DNA of 54,022 nt, filler included, from Porpidia crustulata (Eukaryota): assembly GCA_964255105.1 (NCBI GenBank). It is 4 parts of 4 records of this genome, joined end to end, with 100 filler letters (N's around TTAATTAATTAA, not from the genome) between each part and the next. Parts side by side here need not be neighbours in the genome. Positions count along the whole stretch, not along the records: positions 1 to 13,449 come from CAXUWE010000441.1; positions 13,550 to 26,987 come from CAXUWE010000442.1; 2 more parts are not named here. The stretch is one strand, 5' to 3'. A program made the translations under genes and the position numbers. A model generated the notes under the pieces. That model saw only the letters and a list, made by a program, of their open reading frames with translations. It was not told the DNA's origin and did not search any database. Shown piece after piece: positions 1-14,365 of the stretch. Position 1 is the first letter of the stretch. Every line of letters starts with the position of its first letter.

Positions 1-281
1 GATGGAAATTTCATAAACACCCTAGCTCGCACAACCAAACCATCAACACCGTCACACGCACCTACGTACGTACATCTGAAAGGAATCAGAGCTATCTCGA
101 TAGAATAACTCCCATCTCAACAGCACAAAAGCGATTTCTAATTATCTTTCTCCATCTAAAAAGCTCACGAATAGCGTACATGTCCCTCTACGGCTTTCCC
201 ATCTTATCGTACAGAATCATCCCCGTCTAGATGTAAACAGCGACGACTTCGCAGATGCAACCTTTCGTGTTTCCTACATAT

Positions 282-2138
<1,857 letters not shown>

Positions 2139-3332
2139 TGTGACAGACGCGCAGAAAGGGCTATTGATGTCTAGATATGAGTTTCTGGTGCTACGAACGG
2201 GCAACGATCGGGAAGTGTTGAGTGGAGAGGTGGCCGAAAGATGAGTGGCGGAAGCTATTCGATGTTGGGAGGAAGATGTGAAACATGCGGCTCTGCCACA
2301 ATGCTACGCCTCCCATCTAATCTTAGCTTCAGCCCTACACTCTATCTCTCCATACATACCTTAGGTACCTTATCAGTTATCACCTTAACCTTATCGCCTC
2401 ATGCACGCACGCACGAAACTGGGCAACCCTAACCCTCAATGTACTATTACTACTGTCTCCTTGAGGGGTAAACATAAGTAGGTAGTAAGACTTACATCCG
2501 GGAACATTCCGCTTGATTGCTGCCAGTGGATTTCCGGAAGTCATTAGCCTTTCCTTCTTCGATATACGAAAGGTTTTCATCGCAGTGATTGTTCGGTTAG
2601 TCACGTTCCCTAGGCTCCCGTCGGCTTCAAGGAAACCCCTGATCTTAAAGTCCACTTCGACGGTCTGACTCATAGTCAAAAGCGTCACACCGCGTATTGC
2701 AGAACTAAGTTCAGATTATCCAATGGATTGTGGATATGGGTATTTGTGTACGTTTGCATGTTGCCTACATTTTGGGAATGGCGAGTCATGCAGCAAAAAG
2801 CTTAAGTCCCGTAAATCCGTGTTGGGTCCGAAAGATCGGCAGAGGAGTTCTTGGCAACAAATTCTGTGAGTCTGACTTGTCCATCATCCATCCTCCATCC
2901 CTTATTACTCCTGATCTTGCTCACAAATCAACCCTCCGAGATTCATCCCGAGAAGACCGGTTATGACATTGGTCTGCTATGCCGTCGTATTGAAGTGACT
3001 CGTGCGAGTAGCGGTAAGGTCGCGGCGGGAACATGCCTGTACTGAGGCTAAAGTGCCTGCAATGCACTGCTTCGAAATGACGTTTATAATCATACTGAAA
3101 AGAGCTTGCGTGGGCTAGGGGGAACCTTTTCAATTCTTTCTGACAAACCCCGTCCCACCCTTTGTCACCGCTTGCATTATCTCGCTGTAGGCAACACTAA
3201 GTAGATATCAAATACCATCCCATATAACACTCATTCTCTCTCAATTACTTTCTTTTCGACACTTCCTTTAATTACCATTATTGCGCGACCATATCCTACT
3301 GTCCAGCAACTATTTCAATCGGATAGCTCACT

Positions 3333-6300
3333 ATGCTTGGCCAGCAGCCTGGCAGTGACTTCTACCGCAGTAGAGCAAATACTGGAGGTAGGCTGACGAT
3401 TGATTGATGTATATTTTCAACATACTGACTGAGTCCAGATCCTGATGCCAATCTCCACAACGTCGACTCCAATGGCGAGCGTCGCAGCGACAATGAAGGC
3501 AGCCGCAGTCCCGAAATACCAGCGACTGGAATGACAGCCACCGCGGTCCCAAGCACAGAAGCGTCTTCCACCTATCACGCCGATGGAACATGGGGCGAGC
3601 GAGATGTCGGCGGCCCGGTCAGCCATCGGGAGGCCATGGAAGATTTCGAGGCCATGCGCAAAGAGCTTACCCACATCAGCCAGACTCGCTCCAAAGCTTC
3701 CGCGAAAAGCGAACGGGGCAGGTTCGCTCGGACACTTACCGGCAAAAGCAAAAAATCGGAGAACCTCATACATCGGCGGACACAGTCTGCGCTAACATCA
3801 AGCGAAGCTGGTGATGACGATCTCGAAGCAGGTGACGCAGAAATTATGGCGGAGAAAGAGGAAGATTTTGAGCTGGGAGGCTTCATCAAAGAAGGCCATT
3901 TCGAAAAGAGAACACAGGACGGTGGATCTGCAAAGAAGGTAGGAGTTGTCTTCAAGCATCTCACCGTGAGAGGAGCAGGAAGCACCGCGAATTATGTTCG
4001 TACTCTGCCAGATGCTATTCTCGGAACTTTTGGGCCAGACCTTTATCGTCTTGTTAGCCGATTCATCCCAATTCTCAACATAGGGAAAACAGTCCCGACA
4101 AGGGTGCTAACTAACGACTTTACTGGTGTCGTCCGAAATGGAGAAATGATGTTAGTGCTGGGGCGACCAGGATCAGGTTGTACAACGTTCCTGAAAGCTA
4201 TCGCCAACAAACGTGCCGACTACGCTGAGGTCACGGGAGAAGTATCATACGGAGGTATAGATGCGACCAAGCAACATGCGCGCTACCGTGGTGAAGTCAA
4301 CTACAATCCCGAAGATGATCAGCATCTGCCTAGCTTGACTGTCTGGCAAACCCTCAAATTTTCTCTACTCAACAAGACGAAAAGGCGCGAGACGGGAGAG
4401 ATCAATATCATCGTCGAAGCACTGCTGAAAATCTTCGGGATTAGCCACACACGTCATACTCTAGTTGGCAACGAATACGTACGTGGAGTATCAGGAGGCG
4501 AGAGGAAACGAGTATCAATCGCGGAGACGCTCGCGACTAAATCGACCGTGGTTTGTTGGGATAATTCTACCCGGGGTTTGGATGCGAGTACAGCTCTCGA
4601 TTATGCGAACTCTCTTCGAGTCATGACAGATGTGAGCGACCGCACCACTCTGGTCACCCTTTATCAGGCAGGTGAAGGTATTTATGAACTCATGGATAAA
4701 GTTCTTGTCATCGACGACGGGCGAATGCTCTTCCAAGGCCCTGCCAGCGAAGCGAAGCAATACTTTGTTGATCTTGGCCTCTATTGTCCAGAGCGTGAAA
4801 CTACCGCAGATTTCTTGACCTCTGTGACAGACCCCACGCAGCGCGTCTTTCGCGAACACTATGAAGCTTCGGCTCCAAAGACCGCCGAAGACTTTGAACG
4901 TGCTTTCAAAGCCAGTCCGAATTACAAGCGAGTCCTCGAGGATATCGAAGATTACGAGAAGCATCTCGGGAACACCGACTTCATCGATGCAAGGGAATTC
5001 AAGCAGAGTGTACGAGAGCAGAAATCCAAGCATGTCTCGAACAAGTCAAGCTACACCGTGAGCTATTGGAGGCAAATTATAGCATGTACCAAGCGTGAGT
5101 TTTGGCTTGTTTGGGGTGATCCGACGTCATTATATACAAAGTTCTTCATCATCATCTCCAATGGTCTAATCGTTGGCTCTCTCTTCTACGGTCAACCAAA
5201 CAACACCGAAGGTGCTTTTACTCGGGGTGGCACCGCTTTCTTCTCCATCCTTTTTCTCGGCTGGCTTCAACTTACAGAGCTAATGAAAGCTGTCTCGGGG
5301 AGAGTGGTCATTGCCCGCCACAACGATTACGCCTTCTACCGTCCAAGCGCTGTTTCAATCGCCAGAGTAATAGCGGACTTCCCGATGATACTAGTCCAGG
5401 TCGTCATCTTCGGTATCCTCATGTATTTCATGACTAATTTGAACCACGATGTGTCCAAATTTTGGATCTACATGCTCTTTGTGTACACGACTACAGTTTG
5501 CATAACTGCATTATACCGCATGTTTGCAGCGCTATCTCCAAGTATCGATGATGCGGTGAGGTTTTCTGGAACTGCTCTAAATCTCTTAATTATATACACG
5601 GGATACGTTATACCAAAACCGCAATTATTGCAGCAAAAGATCTGGTTCGGCTGGCTTTACTACGTTAACCCAATTTCATACGCGTTTGAGGGAGTCATGT
5701 CGAACGAGTTGAGCGGACGTCAAATGCAGTGTGCCCCACAGCAGCTCATTCCTCAAGGTCCTGGAGTCCAGCCACAGTACCAAGGTTGCGCCGTCAGTGG
5801 AGCACAAATCGGGAGCACAAACGTGACCGGAGACCGGTATCTTGAGACCACTTATTCATATACTCGCTCACACCTATGGCGCAATTGGGGTGTTTTGATT
5901 GCCTTTACGATTCTTTACATACTGGTCACTGCCGTCGCCTCGGAAGTCTTCTCGTTTGTTGGAGGTGGAGGAGGAGCTTTGATATTCAAGAAAAAGGCCA
6001 AGAAGGAAGTAAGCTCGGGCTCAAAAGCTGCCGATCTCGAAAAGGCAGGTAGTTCTGGGAACAGCAATGTATCGAGCGGACAATTACAAGTCAGTGGCGA
6101 TGATGTTGATATGCCTAAAAGTACAATGGCTGAGAGTATCCTTACGTGGACCGATGTTGAATACAGCGTTCCATACCAAGGAGGTCAACGCAAATTGCTG
6201 AATAATATCAATGGCTATGCCAAACCTGGCGTGTTGGTTGCCTTGATGGGAGCATCCGGAGCTGGAAAAACAACTCTTTTGAATACTTTGAGCCAGCGTC

Positions 6301-8126
6301 AATATATGGGTGTTGTCTCTGGAAATATGTTAGCTGATGGGCGTCCCCTGGGTCCTGAATTCCAACGAATGACCGGTTACGTCGAACAGCAAGACCTACA
6401 CGACAAAACAGCGACCATTCGGGAAGCTATCGAATTTTCCGCAATATTGCGACAGGAGCGCACTGTTCCCCGAGAGGAGAAGCTTGCCTACGTTGATGAG
6501 ATCATCGATCTGTTAGAATTGCGTGAGCTGCAGGATGCTTTGATACTCTCTCTAGGAGTGGAACAACGAAAACGCGTCACGATTGGGGTTGAATTGGCGG
6601 CGAAGCCTTCTTTGCTTTTCCTTGATGAACCCACCTCTGGTCTCGACAGCCAATCCGCATACTCGATTGTCCGCTTCCTCAAAAAGCTGGCCCATGCCGG
6701 CCACGGTCTGATTTGCACCATCCATCAGCCGTCTTCGCTCCTCATCCAACAATTTGACATGATCCTTGCTTTGAATCCTGGAGGTAACACCTTCTACTTT
6801 GGCCCTGTTGGCGAAAACGGTAGCGCTGTGAGCAAGTACTTCTCAGATCGGGGCGTTCATTGCCCACCAGGCAAGAATATAGCGGAGTTTATCCTTGAAA
6901 CCGCAGCCAAGGGTGGAGTAAGAGCCGACGGTAAGAAACTGAATTGGAACCACGAATGGAAGAAATCTCAGGAAAACAAAGATCTCCTTGTCGAGATCTC
7001 TGACATTAACGCTGAACGTATCAAAGTCGCTCCCCCACCTGTCAGTAGTCAACATGAGTACGCCTCGCCGGTCTGGCTCCAAATCACCATGCTCACCCGC
7101 CGCATGTTCACCCAGCACTGGCGCGACCCGTCTTACCTTTACGGCAAACTGTTCGTCGCCGTTATCATTGGCATCTTCAACGGCTTCACCTTCTGGAAAC
7201 TCGGCAACTCGGTCCAAGACATGCAGAACCGCATGTTCACCTCTTTCCTTATCATCCTCATCCCCCCGACCGTTCTCAACGGCGTCGTTCCCAAATTCTA
7301 CCAGAACCTCGCCCTCTGGATGGCCCGCGAGAACCCCTCCCGCATCTACAACTGGGTTGCCTTCTGCACCGCCTCAGTCGTCACCGAAATCCCCATCGCT
7401 GCCGTCAGCGCCGTCATCTACTGGCTCCTGTGGTACTATCCGGCGGGCCTGCCCACGGACAGCGCGACCGCCGGCTACGTCTTCTTCATGGTCCTCCTTT
7501 TCTTCTTCTTCCAAGCGAGCTGGGGCCAATGGATCTGCGCCTTCGCCCCCTCCTTTACCGTCATCTCCAACGTCCTCCCCTTCTTCTTCGTCATGTTCAG
7601 CCTCTTCAATGGCGTCGTCCGCCCCTACACCATGATCCCGGTCTTCTGGCGCTACTGGCTCTACTACCTCATCCCCAGCACCTACTGGATCGGCGGCGTC
7701 GTCGCCGCCACCCTGAAAAACATCTCCGTTGTTTGTGCGCCCGGCGAAGCGGCGTATTTCAACCCGCCACCCGGCCAGACTTGCCAGCAATACGCCGGCG
7801 CATTCGCGGCAAACGCATCCTCGGGTTACCTGACCAACCCCGGCGCGACGAGCAATTGCGGCTTCTGCCCCTACAGCAACGGCAACGAGTACATGGCCGT
7901 GCTCAACATCGTCCCTGGCGACAAGTGGCGAAACCTGGGTATCTTCGTCGGCTTTGTCTTCTCCAATTGGGCGCTTGTTTACTTTTTCATCTACACGGTC
8001 CGCGTCCGCGGCTGGAGCTTCGGCATGTCGACGTTGTTTGGGACGTTGGGGAAGGGGGCGGATGTCGTAATCGGGCTGGTTAAGAAGGTAATTGGGGGGA
8101 GGAAGGGAGGAGAGGAGAAGGCTTGA
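3333..8126 (+). CDS. Full-size ABCG/PDR-type multidrug ABC transporter (exons 3333-3387, 3439-8126)
   Basis: NBD-TMD-NBD-TMD order; GRPGSGCT, VSGGERKRVSIAE, CWDNSTRGLD in NBD1; GASGAGKT, LGVEQRKRVTIGVEL, FLDEPTSGLDSQ in NBD2. An upstream ATG at 3333 plus intron GTAGGC..CTGAC..CAG (3388-3438) joins in frame to the 1531-aa ORF. Confidence 0.95.
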
Positions 8127-8525
8127 TGGGTTGGTATGGTATTTGGTGGGATAATTGGGGGAGGCTTTTATGAGGCATCGGGAAGCGATGGTTTGAATAA
8201 TAGAATAAGAGCATAGCGACGGCGTTTGATCAAAATGTGTTATCAACGTATGAACTGCCTTCGCTGATGCAAGATACAAAGTGCAACCAGTCAACCGTAA
8301 ATGTATATAATACAAGAGTGCGCGATCAAACCTCGAACACATGGCTCAAACGCAAACAGCACCGATCCATCCGTATTCAAGCGCACTGAGTATACCATCC
8401 CAGAAAAACTGGCAAAGAGCGAGTCGTTCGATCGACCGAAAAGTCCGTGAGGAACAAACGACATGAATACAACCCATTTCACCCCCAAACTACCTAAACA
8501 CAACCCTGCCTACCGCCCGCATCCT

Positions 8526-8561
8526 CAAACCCCACACTCACAACAAACCCTACACTCACAG
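8526..8561. repeat. 18-bp imperfect tandem duplication
   Basis: CAAACCCCACACTCACAA followed directly by CAAACCCTACACTCACAG. Confidence 0.75.
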
Positions 8562-8987
8562 CAATCGAGCGATCCAGGACGAAAGGGACGATGATGCGGG
8601 TTTTCGTTCTTGGAAAGTTCTTGGACAGTATGTGGATGTTGAATTCGATTTTTGGGTTTTTTTGGTTTTTTGTTTTGGGGGTAAGGAAAAGCGGGAGGCC
8701 AGGTGCTTTTTCCAACTTCGCACCAAAGAGGACCTTGGAGCGCGCAGTTCTGCCCGTTTCCGGGGCTTGCGATGTTGATTTTCTCCGGATTGGGACCGGG
8801 AGCTTTTTGGAGTTGGAGAATAGGTGATGGCCTGAAGAATGGGGGGGTGATGAGGTGGTAGGGTACGACAGTGGTTGGTAGACTCCACACCGGCCTCAGC
8901 ATCGACAATAGTTCTGACTTGGGTAATTCAATCTTATCGAGGGAAAGAGACATATCACAATCAATGGGAAAAGTCGAGAGGCCGTAT

Positions 8988-9206
8988 CTACCTTGAAGCA
9001 CAAAAATCACCCACAGTGCAAATCTCATTTTCATTCTGGCATTCATTGTCCGAGCACGGATCTGGCGTATCAGGGCAGACGCTGTTACGGAAATATTCTT
9101 TTCGGTTTTTAGTCGTACATCGTTCGGTTTTTTCATTTGAATTATTGATATTCGCGCATTCGGTATTATTACAGTTTTTATTGTTCTCCGTGTCCGTCCC
9201 GCACAA
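8988..9206 (-). pseudogene. Relic of a cysteine-rich (probably secreted) protein
   Basis: 72 codons with 9 Cys (CGTDTENNKNCNNTECAN...RCTT...VCPDTPDPCSDNECQNENEICTVGDFC); no ATG or signal peptide; AT-rich and Asn/Lys/Glu-skewed. Confidence 0.4.
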
Positions 9207-9208
9207 CG

Positions 9209-9739
9209 ACGCGCATTTACACCCCTTATTAAGCCTTCCTCGCCCTCACCTTCTTCATCATCCAAACCCTCGCCCTCACCATCCCCGCCGCAGCCCCGCC
9301 GCAGTCCCTCGACAAACGCGTCATCCGCTCCTACGACTGGTACGTCTGCTTCTCCATGGACCCGTTCGACAGCAACACCGTCTCCTACTACAGCACCGAG
9401 ATCACCACCGCCATCAACGCCGGCTTCTACCAAGTCGAAGAGGGCAACTAACTCACCTCGGCGCACGGCAACCACTATCCACACAATTACGGCAACTACG
9501 AGCAGCTGCTCACGCTCGATCGCTTCTGCCAGCCGGAGACGCTGATGGAGTTTCCCGTCATCTAGGGAGGCGTGTTTCAGTAGGGCTCGAACGAGGGACC
9601 GGACACGGTGATTTTCGATGTGATGGGGAGGTTCTGTGGGATCCTGACGCATCGGGGCGAGAGGAGCAATCAGTTCCATCTTTGCCGGGGGCATACGGAA
9701 GCGGTTTTTGACCCGCCGCTTGGAATACCGCTGATTTAG
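9209..9739 (+). pseudogene. Secreted guanyl-specific ribonuclease (RNase T1/N1 family) pseudogene
   Basis: One frame reads signal-like AFLALTFFIIQTLA, Kex2 site DKR, then YPHNYGNYE, MEFPVI, GPDTVIF, FCGILTHRG..NQFHLC. In-frame stops at 9230 (TAA), 9449 (TAA), 9563 (TAG), 9581 (TAG); ACG where the start is expected. Confidence 0.85.
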
Positions 9740-10827
9740 CAGCCGTTGCCGTGGATGTCGGCGTTCAAGAACGCGTGAGTTGGGATCGGTAGTGCGCTGA
9801 CGTTGAAAGATTAGTAAGGCTTATGTTGGCGGTTGGTCCTTTCACTGCCTTTTTCAGCTCTTGGACATGATATAGGGTTTTTTTGGTACGCTTTAATGTA
9901 AAATGATCCTACAGTTAGGGTCTCCACTTTCCATCTTCACGCCTCTGTCATCATGTACGAGAAGCCATCACTTCATAATGCTATTGGTTGTCGCTGTTGC
10001 AATTTCTGTGGCTAGCGAGACACAGCGGGTTATTTCCCACGTGACGTTCCAATGACTATACTGTAGTTCTATATGATAATGCCTGTGGTTCACAGCAAGA
10101 GATAGGGAGTTGAATGGTGCAGCTGCTTCACCATCTTATCTGCACACGTGCTTCTGACGATTCTGTGTCGATGTAGATATCTAGGACACTCAAAGATAGT
10201 CCTTGGAAATTGAAGTTCCTTAGAGAACAGAACCATGCAGTGGATATCTATCGATTAAATGAAATTGATCATCACCATGCTTGGGTTTAGTTTGGAAAGT
10301 ACAGCTAGCCATCTGGAACCAGGAGCTATGGGGCTGGCCATTGATCCGTATCTCTAGTCTTTGAGCTCTTTGCCTCCTACATGAAAGAAATTCGGATTCA
10401 GGAGTAGGATCAGGACGATACTCGACTTTTGTGTTACTTGGATGCTCCTGTTTTTGGAAGTGCGAGGTTTAGTACAGGAAACAAGCTAAACGCGTTAGGC
10501 GTGTTCTTGGAGAGGCTCCCAATCAATGGTTATGGAATACACATCAAAACTTCGGCGGTTTAAGTGAAACACGCGAGCAGGTTAGTAACAGCGCTCCAGA
10601 GCCGTGGTTAATCTAGGAACATCTGTTGGTTCATTTATACATGAAACAGATAAGTTAACTTGCCCCTTGATGTCGCCAAGGTACCGAGTGGCTGTGTCGT
10701 CAACAGCCGCAGTTGGATGTACATAAGTGTACATCAAGCAGCTTTCCCAGAGACGGTAGGCCACTGCGCTTGTCTATTTTGCCAAATATTCGATCGTCAA
10801 GATCTATCAGCTCTCTGCTAAATCGCA

Positions 10828-12447
10828 ATGCACTCCCACCCGGATGATCTTGCGATTCGACCTCCCCAAGCCCGCGATGGCACCTATGGAGAATACTACT
10901 ACAATTCCACCGGCAAAACCATCAATACTGATGCAGTAATTGTCGAAGGCCTACGGAGACAATACCGTAATCTCTACCTACTTGTGACACCGCGTTATAG
11001 ATGCAATATTCTTGCGTATTCAGCATCGGGCCATGCCCGAGCTGTTCCAGCCGACGCAGAAGACTCGTTGTCTGCTACGCTCAAATGGAAGCTATACATA
11101 CCTCCTGCTCGACGGAATGACAAATCCGATGGAGTATTGGCCGAGTCGGTCATATTTGGGAAATACTTCTATACCTGGAAAGACCAAGAATACATTGTGT
11201 ACATAGTCGAAGCCGCTAAGGGTGACTACACTAATTCTATAGTTTACGTACTCGGATCTTCAAAGGAATCCACAGAATCATTGGTCCTTGCCGCTTCCAA
11301 GTGGATGGTTGACCTTCATAATGAAGTCCTAGTCTTTGATGGTGGATACTGGCAGAAGAGTCCAGGGCTTTGGGAAAATGTGCAGCAGGCATCTTGGGAT
11401 GATATCATTATGGATGATAATGTGAAGAAGACACTTATTGGGGTGGTGGACCAATTCTTCAATTCGGAGGACAAGTATAAAAAGCTCAAGGTTCCCTGGA
11501 AGCGGGGTGTGATCTATCATGGTACGTTCTCCACAAGACCAATCTTGTTTTGACTAGGAATCCATCAATAAAGTGCGGGCTACACTCTGGCTTATCGAGT
11601 GTGGTGGATGTCTACGATTCACGATCGTTTTCTCGAAAATATATGCTAAAATTGAATCATAGGGCCGCCTGGGAACGGGAAGGTTGTTGGCTAAATTCTC
11701 TCCATAAGAGCTGCAAACTAACATCGCCCGTAGACGATATCCATCAAAGCTATGATGCATAGTCTCTATGACAGACCGAATCCCATCCCGACGCTTTACG
11801 TCCGCTCTCTGTCAAGCTATGGAGGACCAGAGTATTCTATCCAATCAATCTTTAGCAAGGCGCGACAAACGGCGCCGTGTTTCTTGGTCTTTGAAGACCT
11901 TGATTCATTGATTAGTGATAACGTCAGAAGCTACTTCCTCAATGAAGTTGATGGTCTACAAAGCAACGATGGCATACTCATGCTTGGCAGTACCAACCAC
12001 CTCGATCGTCTGGATCCAGGTCTAGCAAATCGGCCTAGCCGCTTTGACAGGAAGTATTACTTTCCGAACCCGAATTGCAACGAGAGGGCACTCTACTGCG
12101 AGTACTGGAGAAAGAAACTTCTCGATAACAAGGATATCGAGTTTCCGGCTCGGTTGGATAAAGCCATTGCGCATATCACGCAAGACTTCAGCTTTGCTTA
12201 TATGCAGGAAGCTTTTGTAGCTAGTCTGCTAGCTATCGCAGGCGAGGACGATCGTGGTCTCGACGGAGAGCTTCCTCTGGAATCTACGGATAAGTATGAT
12301 TTGATCGAAGTCGCTCAAGGGTTGAGTATCTCTGAGGACTATGATGACCTCGATAAATATGTTTTATGGAGACAAATGAAAAAGCAGATCAAGATTCTGC
12401 GTGATGAGATGGGCGAGAAAGATAAGACCGTAAAAGGGGTTGAATGA
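10828..12447 (+). CDS. Fungal single-domain AAA+ ATPase, paralog 1 (exons 10828-11521, 11663-11682, 11734-12447)
   Basis: Spliced VPWKRGVIYHGPPGNGKT (Walker A), LVFEDLDS (Walker B), STNHLDRLDPGLANRPSRFDRKY (second region of homology). Confidence 0.92.
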
Positions 12448-12952
12448 GTACTAGCCAATCGGACGCGATTGTGAATGGGGCATGAAGCAATAACAATGTA
12501 CCAGTGGTGACGGATCATCAAGCAGCCGATATATATGTATTTTAGCCAACTTCAGCTATTCTCTGGGGATTTAATATCGCTCAATGCCATGGGCCAATCA
12601 TGGAATTCCATACGAAGTATTGAGTAAACTGCGCAGAACACAATGTAAAGGCGTATATATAAATGTCTTCGATCCCCAAGCGCAAACAGTGGTACCACAT
12701 CGATGATTCGAAATATCATAATTGAGATGGAATAACCATCCATTTTTGTGGAGTCTATATGACGATATCACTAGATACTTAGAGAGGGCTCTATACCCTG
12801 ATGAGGACTGGCACCTTGTCTAAATGCAGTCAATCTTAGAGACTTTAGTCCATGTGCTCAATTAGTCTAATCAACCTTTGATCCTCTCGTTTGGACCTTG
12901 ACTCAGATGCCAGCATAACGTAGATCGTCATCAAACCCATAAACCCATCATC

Positions 12953-13449
12953 TCACATAACAAAGCACCCCCCTTGCGACAGCGCCCCATCCTCCGTCGT
13001 CGTCTTAGCCGCCGCCTTGGCCACATCCTCAAACACCTGCTCCATCAACTCCCCCGTCACCGCCGAGCACTCCGCATACCGATCGCACCGCATCTCCTGC
13101 GCGACCCGATGCCCCTCCTGCGGATAAATCGTTCCCTCCCCCTCGACCCGCAAATCCCGCTTCAACCCCAGCAGCATCACGGGGATATCCTCGGTGCCGG
13201 CGCCGCGGAACCCGTCGCCCCGGGCGATCCCTTCGCGCCGCAGGTTGTAGTGCCGGATCGCCTCCTTGCGCCAGACGTACTGCGCGTTAGTTAGGCTGCG
13301 CCGGTCGCTGATGTCGTAGCAGATGAGGATGACGTCGGGGGATAGTAGGGTGTAGTGCTCCGGGGAGGCGGTGTCGGAGAATTCGAAGCGGTAGGCGCGG
13401 TTGTACATTCGGATGTTGTAGACGAAGGGTTGGTCGAGGTCGTGGAGGG
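12953..13449 (-). CDS. Rho/Ras-like small GTPase, C-terminal part (5' end lost in the assembly gap)
   Basis: LHDLDQPFVYNIRMYNRAYRFEFSDTAS (G3-like), PVMLLGLKRDLR (G4), YAECSA (G5), C-terminal CaaX box CFVM. P-loop not visible. Confidence 0.85.
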
Positions 13450-13549
13450 NNNNNNNNNNNNNNNNNNNNNNNNNNNNNNNNNNNNNNNNNNNNTTAATTA
13501 ATTAANNNNNNNNNNNNNNNNNNNNNNNNNNNNNNNNNNNNNNNNNNNN
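13450..13549. other. Artificial assembly spacer N44-TTAATTAATTAA-N44
   Basis: Exactly 100 nt with a central six-frame-stop 12-mer; identical design at all three gaps. Confidence 0.97.
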
Positions 13550-14365
13550 GGCGTGATTGGCGATTGGTAGGCTTTTTCTCTATCTTTCCCGATTTGACGG
13601 GGTTTTGTGAATTATGGTCTGAGGAGGTTTTTATTGGGAGAGGAGAGAGAGAGAGAGATGGCTAACGATGAGGTAGTGTGGATGCGATTGTGTGTTTTGA
13701 GTGCTGCAAGGGATGTTGTGAGTGTTGTTGTTAGAGCAGGACGGCGGTGGGGGGAACATGGGGGCGACGGTGTTGAAGAGGAAGCGGAAAGAGAGTCGGC
13801 GAGCAAAGGTTTTCGGAAATGAAAAGGTCGGGATTTCAGTTCTAGGGGGGAAGGGAGATTGATACCCGGCAGATGATGGAAATGGGGTTTTCGGGGAAAC
13901 GGTCACAGCCATTCAATTTATCGAGCAGCTACACTTGTCCATCATCTACCTCGCGCGTGTTCTCGCAGCACGTCCCTGCTGTCCCGCTGCCCACATCTTC
14001 CAACAGTCCGGATGGATTCTCTACCTAGCCCGAGGCGCCTTGGGGTCAACGTGTTTGCGTTTACGATTCACAATTGATTGAAGAAGTATGACAAGCAGGC
14101 GCTCTAGGCTACCTTAAGAACAGAATCTTCGTCAGAAGAGTAGGCGTGATATGGCCGTAAAACTTATCGTACCGTGTCTAAGATATAAAATCGTGCTGAG
14201 CAGGTAAAAACAAACGGTCCTTTGTTCCGAGGGCGGAACTTCCTACCTTGCCGGCATGCCAATGCTGTCTATCTAGTAAACCTCGCCCGCTCGCTCCCTC
14301 TTTACCTCCTAGCCCTTACCCTAGCCGCGCTTACTCAAAGCTTCAACCAATTAGCTAGCTGTTGA

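Noticed and set aside
6988..8342. Long alternative-frame and antisense ORFs (215, 217, 322 aa) in the ABC transporter
   Set aside because: Explained by extreme C-ending codon bias removing stops from other frames.
8525..9694. 389-aa minus-strand ORF and overlapping 278-aa plus ORF (8875-9711)
   Set aside because: Shadow frames of the GC3-rich RNase pseudogene plus low-complexity flank; no domain signal.
9209..9739. Alternative genetic code (TAA/TAG = Gln) as the explanation for the RNase stops
   Set aside because: UGM, RPB5, ALDH, FKS1 and GEL terminate at TAA/TAG at expected positions.
13494..13505. Palindromic TTAATTAATTAA repeated three times in the window as a biological motif
   Set aside because: Always centred in N runs of fixed length; it is a six-frame-stop scaffolding linker.
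13631..13912. 93-aa minus ORF as the missing Rho N-terminus
   Set aside because: No P-loop; low-complexity sequence including a GA microsatellite.
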